From assembly GCF_030144855.1 (NCBI RefSeq), contig NC_082708.1, positions 43,152,001 to 43,216,000 of the forward strand: a DNA stretch of 64,000 nt, read 5' to 3'. Positions 23,701 to 35,100 of this stretch are shown piece by piece. The notes beneath the pieces were generated by a model, which was not told where the DNA came from, did not search any database, and was given only the letters and a program-made list of their open reading frames with translations. Within the stretch, counting starts at the first letter, position 1, and each line of letters opens with the position of its first letter. The position numbers and the translations under genes were made by a program. The DNA comes from Hypanus sabinus (Eukaryota).

Positions 23701-25680
23701 TTTTCCCCACGACTGACGTTAGGCTAACAGGGCGATAGTTCTCCGTTTTCTCCTTCCCTCCCTTCTTGAAAAGTGGGATAACATTAGCCACTCTCCAATC
23801 TTCAGGAACTGATCCTGGATCTAAGGAACATTGGAAAATGATCACCAATGCATCTGCAATTTCCTGAGCCACCTCCTTTAGAACCCTCTATGCAGACCAT
23901 CCGGACCCGGGGATTTATTAGCCTTCAGTCCTACCAGTCTACTCATCACAGTTTCTTTCCTAATGTCAATCTGTCTCAATTCCTCTGATATCTTATGACC
24001 CTGGCCATGGTGAAGGAGAATCTTAAAGGGCTTCGACAGACATGTTAAGCAAAAGGATCGCAAGGGACAAAACTGGTCATCTGGAACATCAGAATGGTAA
24101 TCTACGTGAGAAGCAAAAAAAAATGGGAGAGATTTTAAATGATTTTTTTTACATTTGTATTTACTTGGGAGATGGATGCAGAGTCTATAGTTGTGAGGAA
24201 ATGTAGCAGAGAGGTCATGGATCCTATACAGATTACAGAGGAGGAGGCATTTTCTTGTCTTGAGACTAATTAGGGTGGACAAATCCCGAGGGCCTGATAG
24301 GGTGTTCCCTTGGCTCTGAGTGGCATGTGCAGAAATTGCAGGGGCCCCTACAGAGATATTTCAATCATCCTTAGTGACAGGTGAGGTATTGGAGGATGGC
24401 TATTGTTGTCCTGTTGTTTAAGAAGGGCTGTAAGAATAAACCAGGAAATGATAGGCTGGTGAGCTATTGGGAGAGTTATTGGAAGATATTCTAGGAAGCC
24501 AGATATGAGTATTTGGATAGAGAAGGATTGATTAGGAATGGTCAGGATGGTTTTGTGTGTGATAGGTTGTGTCTCATCAATCCTAGAGAGTTTTTTTGAG
24601 GACATTACCAGGAAAGTTGATGAAGGAAAGGCAGTGGATATTGTCTACATGGACTTTAACAAGGCATTTGACAAGGTCCTGCATGGGAGGTTGGTGAAGA
24701 TAGTAAATGGTTGTATTTGGTTGTCTCTCTGACGGGAGTCCTGTGACTAGTGGAGTGTTGCAGGAATCAGTACTTGTCATCTATATCAATTATCTGGATG
24801 ATAATGTAGTAAACTGGATCAGCAGATTTGTGGATGACACCGAGATTTGGGGTGTAATCGACAGCAAGGACGACCATCAAAGCTTGCAGTGGGATCTGAA
24901 CCAGCTGGAAAAATAGGCTGAAAAATGGCAGATAGAATTTAATGCAGACAAATGTGAAGATCAACTAGGGTAAGTTTTACACAGTGAGCAGCAAGGCACC
25001 AAGGATTGCTGTCAGACCTGGAAATCAAGTCCATAATTCAGTGAAAGTGGCAACAGAGGTAGATAGGGTCATTAAGAAAGCTTTTGACACATTGTACTTT
25101 ATAGATCAAAGTACTGAGTCCATCAGTAGGGATGATATGTTTAAGATGTTGATGAGGCCAAATTTGGAATATTGTGTGCATTTTTGGCCACCTGCCTAAA
25201 AGAAAGATGTAAATATGATTGAAAGTGTACAGAGAAAATTTACAAGAATGTTGCTGGGACTGGAAGTCCTGAGTTATAAAGAAATATTGAATATGTTAGA
25301 ACTTTGTTCCCTGGAACATAGAAGATTGAAGGGAGATTTGATAGAGGTATATACAAAATTATGAGGGATAGAGATAAGGTACAAAACAAGCAGACTTTAC
25401 CCCCGATGTTGGGCAAGACTATAGCTAGAGGTTATGGATTAAGGGTGAAAAGTGAAGTGTTTAAGGGAAATTGAGGGGAAACCTCTTCACTCAGAGGGTG
25501 GTGAGAGTGTGGAACGAGCTGCCAGCACAGTGGTGGAAACGATTTTGATTTAAATGTTTAAGAGAAGTTTGGATAGATACATGGACAGGAAGACTAGGCA
25601 GTTTAACTGGTTGGGCTTGGACTGGAAAGGCTGAAAGGCCTGTTTCTGTACTGTTAGTTTTCTATGGGTCGATGACTATT
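20750..25680 (+). mobile_element. Decayed CR1 LINE (family B), ORF1 end through 3' tail, hosting two insertions
   Basis: Fragments VYISARGFVGKADEL, DFHFPHFDW, VDIVYMDFNKAFDKV and VTSGVLQ lead to a CR1 3' end near 25680. Insertions occur at ~21310-21605 (Rex1 3' tail) and 22339-24008. Confidence 0.85.
22339..24008 (-). mobile_element. Young 5'-truncated CR1 LINE, RT nearly intact
   Basis: Clean 269-aa (22429-23238) and 152-aa (23414-23872) RT segments contain KSPGPDG, NYRPVSLTS and YLDFQKAFDKV. The tail is (CTATTGT)n-like at 22339-22358. Confidence 0.95.
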
Positions 25681-25773
25681 GTGTCAAGGAGTCATACCAC
25701 ATGTTAACAAGCCCTTTGGCCAAACTCATCCACATTGTCCAGGTAGTATACCTGAGTGAGTTCCATTTGGCCC

Positions 25774-26972
25774 GCGAGGCGGCGCAGCACGGCAGCAGTG
25801 GCCTTTCAGACCTGGTGTTACTTTAATTTAATTTTCTAATTTAAGTTCGGGCCTGAACACCTCCCTCTGCAACTGGATCCTAGACTTCCTGACTGGGAGA
25901 CCTCAGTTAGTCCAGATCAGGAGCAACATCTCTAACACCATCAGACTGAGCACAAGGGCCCCCCAGGGCTGTGTGCTCAGTCCACTGCTGTTCACTCTGC
26001 TGACCTACGACTGTGCTGCAACACACAGCTCAAATCACATCATCAAGTTCGCCGAAGACATGACCGTGGTGGGTCTCATCAGCAAGAATGACAAGTCGGC
26101 TTACAGAGAGGGTGTGCAGCAGCTAACAGACTGGTGCAGGGCCAACAACCTGTCTCTGAATGTGAACAAAACAAAAGAGATGGTTTGTTGACTTCAGAAG
26201 GGCATGGAGCGACCACTCTCCGCTGAACATCGACGCCTCCTCAGTAGAGATTGTAAACAGCACCAAATTCCTTGGTGTTCACCCGGCAGAGAATCTCACC
26301 TGGTCCCTCAACACTAGCTCCATAGCAAAGAAAGCCCAGCAGCATCTCTGCTTTCTGTGAGGGCTGAGGGAAGTCCATCTCCCACTCCTCACCACATTCT
26401 ACAGAGGTGGTATTGAGAGCATCCTGAGCAGCTGCATCACTGCCTGGTTTGGAAATTGCATCATCTCGGATCGCAAGACCCTGCAGCGGATAGTGAGGTC
26501 AGCTGAGAAGATCATCGGCGTCTCTCTTCCCGCCATCACGGACATTTACACTACACGCTGCATCCGCAAGGGAAACAGCATTATGAAGAACCCCATGCAC
26601 CCGTCGTACAAACTCTTCTCCCTCCTGCTGTCGGAGAAAAGGCACTGAAGCATTCGGGCTCTCACGACCAGACTATGTAACAGTTTCTTCCCCCAAGCTA
26701 TCAGACTCCTCAATACTCAGAGCCTGGACTGACACCTTACTTTGCCCTATTGTCCTGTTTATTATTTATTGCAGTGCCTGCACTGTTCTGTGCATTTTAT
26801 GCAGTCCTGGGTAGGTCTGTAGTCTAGTGTATTTGTTTTTTTACGTAGTTCAGTCTAGTTTTTGTACTGTGTCATGTAACACCATGTTCCTGAAAAACGT
26901 CTCATTTTTACTATGTACTCCACAGTAGCAGTTATGGTCAAAATGACAATAAAAGTGACGTGACTTGACTTG
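25774..26972 (+). mobile_element. Rex1/Babar LINE insertion with a 9-bp TSD
   Basis: ATTTGGCCC occurs at 25765-25773 and 26973-26981. RT motifs [13 protein letters not shown] and IIKFAED are present, followed by an AATAAA-(GACTT)n tail. Confidence 0.9.
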
Positions 26973-27939
26973 ATTTGGCCCATATTCCTCTGTCAAAACC
27001 AATGAGGGTGGTATCACAATATTTATATATTTTATTGTTATAGGAGATTAAAATAAATGAAAAAAAGTAAGTAACATCCTTGTCAATCTTTTCCGTACCC
27101 TTTCCAGCTTAATGACATCTGTTCCATAGCGGGGTGATCATAACTCCACAGAATACTCCAATAAGGGTCTCAGCAGCGACTTGTACAGTTGGAACATGAT
27201 GGCCCAAGTCCTGTACCACTGAATATAAATGTGCCAAATGCTGCCATCACCACCTTGTCTTCCTGTTTCTCCACTGTTAGAAACTATGTGGCTATAACTA
27301 TGCCTAGATCTCTATTTTCCACAGAACCCTACAGGGCCCTACCATTTACTATATAAGCTCTTCCATGGGTTAACTTACAATATCTCACACGGCGTTAAAT
27401 TCTATTTGCTATTCTTTGGTCCAGTTCCCCAGTTGATAGAGATGCATTAGGCAGATTACTAGCTTACCAGTAATTAAAATAAATTTGATTTCTTTTGTCA
27501 CACAAAAAACAGCATATGGACATGTTGTAATTTTTGAGAATCTCATGAATTCTACAATTTCTGCTAAATTATTCTCATTTACTGCAATGGAATTGTCCAA
27601 TTTAGTCTTTGTAGCATGATTTTCCACAGATCTAATTGCAGGAATGGTTAAATAAAACTGATCAGAAAATCTTAAGTTATAAAATCTTGTAAAGCACTTT
27701 CTTCTGAATTGCTGTTAATGTCATCAGAGAAAACATTTATTCCAGCAGGTTTTTAAATTGCTGTTCAGACTGCCAGCTGTTGGATATCAGAATCAGGTTT
27801 ATTATCACCAGCATATGACATGAAATTTGTTAACTTATTAGCAGCAGTTCAATGCAATACATAATCTAGCAGAGAGAGAAAAATGATAATAAATAAAATA
27901 AAACTTAATAATAAATACAATAAACAAGTAAATCAATTA

Positions 27940-29290
27940 CACCCTATCCTCGTCATATGTGAGAGATACGTTCCTCGCAGTCAGTACATAATGTAAAAAC
28001 GCATAATGTGAATAATTATTTAAATGGAGAAAACAGGGATGCGTTCCAGAGAGCTTCCTAAATATGTTTTATCTGTAATTTATTCACATTTTCATACCAA
28101 TACGACACAAAAGCAGTACCAAAAGGCAACATTCATATTATATTTCATCAATTTAAGGTAATATTCAATGTAATAAATCATAGAAAGTTAACATTCTAGG
28201 GTGTACAGTACTTACCAACAGTGGCAGGTGTGTTCGCTCTGGGAGATGAGTGGTTGTGGAGTCAGGCAGCTTTACACGGATAAGGTGGATGGTTGTGGTC
28301 GTCAGGATCATATCAAGCACAGCAAGGGGTGAAGGAAGACTCACAGAACTCTTAGAACTGCTGGCAGCAGAAGATGACACTGGTTTGAAAAAAGTGGTGA
28401 GGGTTGTTTGCATTTATTTTTATTTCAGCATTTTATTTTTCAGCATAAATTTGCTTGTAAGGAAGAAGGGTTGACGGCAGGGAACGATTGAAATGCTGAC
28501 TCCGTTCTAAACTTGGGTCCATGTCCATCGCTATTTGAGCCAAGCGTTCCGACTTCCACCATTCCCTCACCGTTGGTAAACTTCTAGGATTTTCAAAATC
28601 GTCTGTTGCTTATAGCATCTGAGTGATAGTTCACCGTAAAAAAAAAAACGCCTTGAATGTGGATCACACCGTGGTTCAGTAGTTGAATCAGCAATGTTGT
28701 GTTAGGCGGCAGGAAATGTACTGTTATGTTAGGATGAATGCTGTCCAAATGTTTAAGATGGGCTGGCGCATTGTCAAGCAACAAAAGAACGTTAAAGACA
28801 AGATTCTGTTCCTGGCAGTAGCGTCCCAGAGCTGCGTTACCTTCACCTGATGCCTCGATGTTTATAATTCCCAACTTTTTTTCAAGTGTTAAAGCGGTTC
28901 TCTGTCACTCAGCCGATGGCCCAGGACATGACATTGGACGCTAGGAGGCATAGTTAAATATTTCAAGCACAAAATCACTGCATCGTAGGTAAAACCAACA
29001 AAAGTTTAAGAGTGGAAGATCGCACATCCACACGTTGCCAAAACCAATGCGAGACTGGCGGGAGTGAGATTGTGAGGCGCGTGCACCTGACTTGTATTGG
29101 CGGGAAAACAGAGTCTCTCGTCCCAACAGTGAGATTGTGAGGCGTGCGCACCTGACTTGTATTAAAGGGAAAGCAGTGCTCCTCGCATAACTGTGAGTTT
29201 TGGATGCATATAAAGAGATTTTGGTAGAAATATGTTCCTTGTATAACTGAATCTACATTGTCTGAAGATGCATATAATAAGGACAAGGTG
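27940..29290 (-). mobile_element. Internally deleted Tigger/pogo DNA transposon
   Basis: TA TSDs (27938-27939, 29291-29292) flank imperfect TIRs CACCCTATCCTCGTCATATG / CATATAATAAGGACAAGGTG. A DDE_1 fragment LLLLDNAPAH..VHFLPPNTT is encoded. The host is a Rex1 3' tail. Confidence 0.88.
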
Positions 29291-29429
29291 TACGTATATT
29301 GAATAGATTTTGAAAAAATGTGCAAAAATAGAAATACTGTATCTTTTTAAAAAAAAGTGAGGTAGTGTCCAAAGCTTCAATGTCCATTTAGGAATCAGCC
29401 ATGCCCTGGGTGCTGGAGGTCCATAATAA

Positions 29430-29735
29430 TGGACACAAAGTACACTGCAGATGCTGTGGTTAAGGCAACAAGTACAACAAGCTGCAGGAACTCAGCAGGT
29501 CGAGTAGCATCCGTGGAAACGAGCAGTCAATGTTTTGGGCTGAGACCCTTCGTCAGGACTGAAGAGGGAGGGGGCAAGGGCCTTATAAAGAAGGTGTTTA
29601 AACTTCTTCAGGGTAGTTTATAGGGCCCCTGCCCCCTCCCTCTTCAGTCCTGATGAAGGGTCTGGGCCCGAAATGTTGACTGCTCGTTTCCACGGATGCT
29701 GCCCGACCTGCTGAGTTCCTCCAGCTTGTTGTACG
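29430..29735. repeat. Inverted pair of Penelope-like terminal repeats
   Basis: ~29472-29588 is the reverse complement of ~29618-29733. Each arm carries a hammerhead-type core. Confidence 0.8.
29645..29682 (+). ncRNA. Minimal type I hammerhead ribozyme motif (Penelope-associated)
   Basis: The sequence is CAGTC-CTGATGA-AGGGTCTGGGCCC-GAAA-TGTT-GACTG. It has stem I (CAGTC/GACTG), the conserved CUGAUGA and GAAA boxes, stem II (GGG/CCC) and a vestigial stem III. Confidence 0.65.
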
Positions 29736-30597
29736 TAATAATTGTTGCTGCCTTTCTGAGACACCACTTCCTAAAGATGTCCTGGGTACTTTGTAGGCTA
29801 GTACCCAGGATAGAGCTAACAAGATTTACAACCTTCTGCAGCTTCTTTTGGTCCTGTGCAGTAGCCCCTCCATACCAGACAGTGATATAGCCTGTCAGAA
29901 TGCTCTCCACGGTACATTTATGGATGTAGAAGTTACAGTGGATTGCATTTGTAAGTTGAATGACATGGCATAGGCTTCGTGCCAGCAACGAGTCATAATT
30001 CTGTTAAGACATTAACTGAGACTGGCAATTTAAAATTTAAAAATTATTCAAAAGAGTTATGGCTTGAATAATAGCTCTGATTGCATTATTATAATCCAAT
30101 TCCAAAGTTTGATGGGAACATATGCAGGAAAATGGCTTACAAAATGGCAAAAGGCAAATTTGATAACTTACACAATGCTTAAAGTTCATTTTAAAAGAGA
30201 GCTAAATTTAAAATATTTTTACATTTTGCTGTAGATAGTTTTTATATTTTGAATGCACCATTCCAGCCAAAATTCTCACCATAAAATGTGGCAAAATTGT
30301 TATTTTTAATGTTAACACTTTTATAGTTATTACTGACAATTTCAAAATTTTATAATATGTATGAAGTGATGCATTGTGGCCAATGAAGGACATTTGTTTT
30401 GGATTTCAAATTCAGAACAGGTGTCTTGAGAATACAATGTGTTCGCTATGTTGGATAAAGTGATTTATATTTGCTGCTCAGGAGAATTCATGTGCTTGGT
30501 GAACAGTATTGGTTGTTTTAAATGTTTGCTTCAGCACCGTACTGGAACTGCAGAATCATTTCTTTTAAGGATTTTTTTCTTACCCCAAAATTTTCAG

Positions 30598-31114
30598 GCT
30601 TCTGGTTTACCTTCCCATCTTTGGTCGATACTGATACAATTGGCTGAAAGCAAATACAATTCTTTCCTTTTCCCCTTTCTCTTGAGTGAAGAGACTATTA
30701 TCTGTTTGGATCTTTGCAATGACAACTTTACACAGTGGATCAAAGGAGGAAGCTAGCCCCAAGAGTCCTGCAGCTGTGAATGCTTTCTCTAAACATTCAT
30801 TGTTCTCTGGAGATATCATTTGCCAAACAAACAACCAGCTTGTCACTGACAGCTCTATGCCTAGAGATGCTTTGCTTTTTTTCTTTTGCTTGTAATAGAA
30901 GCTCACCTCCATTTTATTCTAGTGGGATTTCTTCACTTCCTCCAAATGTGGTATTTCTGTTGTGGCTGGGAGGTCTAGAGCTGTTCCATTGTATGAAGCT
31001 GGTCCAACTGGTTTGTGATTTGATAGTCTTGTCTCCATAAACTGGCTACTGTTCAACAGTCTTTTAAAGAGTAAATCTGCATGTTTTCTACTTGTTCTCT
31101 CCCATGTCACTAAG
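30598..31114 (+). other. Candidate non-coding 5' UTR exon of SPATA13
   Basis: A strong acceptor (TTTTTTCTTACCCCAAAATTTTCAG|) and donor (AAG|GTAAGA) lie in repeat-poor DNA. No ATG is in frame with the next exon. Confidence 0.25.
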
Positions 31115-32161
31115 GTAAGATAATTTTCAAGCATATGTCCTTAAGTGCAATTTAAGTAGGTCAGGGATACTTCAGTAATGATCCAGTGCATTGCAACAGG
31201 TAACTGAAGACTAATTTTATAAAGTTACGATGCTCATAATAAATATAACAAGTTTCATTGAGCACTGCTCTTTCATTATCAATGACAATATATTTGTAGC
31301 GTTATTGAAATGGCTGGGAATTGTGGGATTTGCATTATAGTGTTCATGTTTTTTTGTGGGTTTGAATAGGGTTAGCAATGTTTCCCAGCTGAGCTGCAAT
31401 TCAATCAAGTTTCTGATGATTTTCAGGAAAAAAACTGAGGGAAAGTTATTTCACATATAAGGAATACTTTTTAAGAATGATAACTGTAGCACTGGTCAAT
31501 TTCTACAGACTTTGTATTCAAAGGCTATAGATTGTCATGTAAATAGAAGCACAGCATCTTAGAACTTAAAACTTTTGTGCTGGGTTGAATGAAGTAATCT
31601 TTGCAGAAATTCACGTCAAAACTGTCACTCAGACCTTTAATTGCAATGGTGTGTTCCTATTTTTAATACAGTTAAATTATATATTTATGATTTAATAATA
31701 TGGTGTGAAAAGTGGAACAACATCACTTTGGTTTTTGAAATAAAAGTTGTCAAACTTTTGCTGATTTGCAAATTAGTTCCTGAAGAGAATTTTCTGATTT
31801 ATTGTTGTCTTAAGCTTTTTTCATTTTATTTTTCACCTGCTAAGAATTGGCAGGCACTTCTCAATTGTAACACTCTTTCTTTAGGAATGCTATGTTTTAC
31901 CATGAGTGGAGCATAATCGCAGTGTTTATTAGGTTGCAGTTTCTAGAATTGGCTTTCTGGAAGATCTTCTGACTCCATGCTAGTTTTTTTTTGTCATGTT
32001 TTCAGTATTGTTGACATATATTCAAGCTGTTAATTCAGGAGTGTATGTTATTTGACAGTTTCCTCAATGCAGAGCACAATAAAAATTGGAATGACATTTA
32101 AAGGACTGCTTTCAGCTTCAGGCAACCTCTGATCTCACTGGTGATCCCTCTTACTGCTATT

Positions 32162-35100
32162 CCATAAGACCATAAGATATAATTATTCCTTTTGGCCTTG
32201 TGAGTCTGCTCTGCCATTTTACCTTGGCTGATCTAATTTTCCTCTCAGTCCCAATCTCCTGCCTTCTCCCCGTATCCCTTCATGCCCTGAACAATCAAAA
32301 ATCTATCAATCTCTGCCTTAAATATACATAAAGACTTGGCCTCTGACTGCCTGTGGCAAAGCATTCCACAGATTCACCACTCTTTAGTTAAAGAAATTCT
32401 TCCTCATCTCCATTCTAAAGGGATGCCCCTCTATTCTGAGGCTGTATCCTCTGGTCTTAGACTCTCCCAGCATAGGAAACATTCTCTCCACATCCACTCC
32501 ATAAAGGCCTTTCAACATTCAATTGGTTTCAATGAGGTCACACCTTATTCTTCTGAATTCTAGTGAGTGCAGGCCCTGAGCCATCAAACTCTCTTCATAT
32601 GAGAAGCCATTCAAACCTGGAATCATTTTTGTAAATCTCTTTTGAATCCTGTCCAGTTTCAGCACAGCCTTTCTAAGATAAGACCAAACCTGCTCACAAT
32701 ACTCCAAGTGAGGCCTCACCAGTGCTTTATAAAGCCTCAACGTTATATCCTTGCTTTTATATTCTAGTCTCTTGAAATGAATGCTAATATTGCATTTGCC
32801 TTCCTTACCACAGATTCAATCTGTTAATTAACCTTAAGGGAATCCTGCACAAAGACTCCCAAATCACTTTGCACAACAGTTTTTTGTATTTTCTCTCCAT
32901 TTAGAAAATAGTCAACCCTTTCATTTCTTCTACCAAGTGCATGACCATGCATTTCTGAAACTGTATTCCATCTGCCGTTTTTCTCCATTCTCCTAATCTG
33001 TCTGTAAGTCCTTTCGTAGTGCCTCTACGTCCTCAAAACTACTTGCCCCTCCACCTATCTTCATATTGTCTGCATACTTTTCAACAAAGTTGCCAACCAG
33101 AAAAGGCTTCCTTTATTCCCACTCTTTGTTTCCTGCCAATCAGCTACTGCTTCATCCATGCTAGAATCTTTCCTGTACTACCATGGACTCATTGCTTGTT
33201 AAGCAGCCTCATGTGTGGCACCTTGACAAAGGCCTTCTGAAGCTCCAAGTACACAACATAAAGCGATTCTCCTTTCTGTATCCTGCTTGTTATCTCTTCA
33301 AAGAATTCCAACAGATCTATTGGCCAAGATTTCCCTTGAGGAAACCATGCAGACTACAGCCTATTTTATCATGTGCCATCAAGTACCCTGAGACCTCATC
33401 TTAATAATCGACTCCAACATCTTCCACTGAGGTCAGACTAACTGGCCTATGGTTTCCTTTCTTCAGATTCTCTCCCTTCTTGAAGAGTGCAGTGGCATTT
33501 GCAATTTTCTGGTCTTCCGGAACCATTCCAGAATCTAGTGAATCTTGTAAGGTATTTACTAATGCCTCCACTGTCTCTTCAGCCACTTCTTGTAGAACTC
33601 TGAGGTGTACACCATTTAGTCCATATGACTTTTCTACTTCCAGTTTCTCAAGAACCTGCTCTATAGTTGTGGTAACGTACCACATTTCATGCCCTCGATA
33701 CCCATTCTTACCTCTCCAGCATTGCTTTCCAGTGGTCCGATACCCATTTTCGACTCTCTTTTACACTTTATGTATCCGAAGAAACTTTTGGTATCCTCTT
33801 TAACATTATTGGCCAGCTTACTTAAGTATTACATTTTTTACCTTCTTAATGACATTATTTTAGTTGCCTTCTGCTGGTATTTAAAAATTTCCTAATCCTT
33901 TAATTTTCCACTAATTTTTGCTCTATTATATGCGTTCTCTTTGGCTTTTATGTTGGTCTTTTCTTTAGAATATATCTTCCTCCATGGGATATATATATCC
34001 AGTGCCTTCCAAATTGCTTCTAGAAATCCTAGCCATTGTTGCTCTGCCATCAGCCCTGTCGGTGTTCTTTTCCAATTAGTTATTGCCAACTCCTCTCTCA
34101 TGCCACTGTAATTCCCTTTACTCTCCTGGAATACTGATACATCTGACTTTAGCTTCTTCACCAATTTCAGTGTGAATCCTGTCATATTATGATCACTTGC
34201 CCTTAAGGGTTCTTTTACCTTCAGGTCTCTACTCAGTTCTGGTTCATTGCACAACACCCAATCCAGAAGAGCTGATCCTCTAGTGGGCTCAACCACGAGC
34301 TGCTCTAAAAGGCAAACTCATAGACAGAAGCTCCCCCCCCCCCCCCCCCCCCGGAATGCAGCACCTTTTGGCATGCATTTTCCATGTCTCATTGTAATTT
34401 GTAGGTCACATCCTTACTGCTGTATTGAGGTCTGTATATAACTCCCATCAGGGTCTTTATACCCTTGCATTTCTGTAGCTCTATCCACAGTCATTCAACA
34501 CTTTCCAACCCTATGTCACTTCTTTCTAATGATTTGATATCTTTTTTTTACCAACGGAGTAATGCCATCTCTCTGGCTTCCTGCCTATCCTTTCCATGCA
34601 GTGTGCATCCTTGGACGTTAAGCTCCCAGCTATAATCTTTCAGCCATAATTCAGTGATGCCTACAAAATCATACCTGCCAGTCTGCAACTGTGTTACAAT
34701 TTCATCTACTTTACTCCGTATACTACGCTCATTCAGATACAACACCTTCAGTCCTGTATTCACCCTTTTCTATTTTGTCCACCTTTTATGTTGCAACTCA
34801 TCCTGTTGACTAAAATTTTGCCCTATTAACAGCTTCTCTTCACTACACATTGTCTGTGTTTGTAAACCAGCTACCTCATCTTTAGCACTGTTATCTGCCT
34901 GTCCTACGATACTTCTTGCATTGAAATATATGCAGCTCAGAATACTAGTCACACCATGCTCAACCTATTGATTCCTAACTTTTGTCTGAGGTCTTGCCAA
35001 CATCTGCCTCAGCAGCCTCTCCACTCCAGAATGTTCTGGACATTTCCCCCTACAATTGTGGTTTAGACACCCCAGCCCCATTCAGCATTAACAAACCTTC

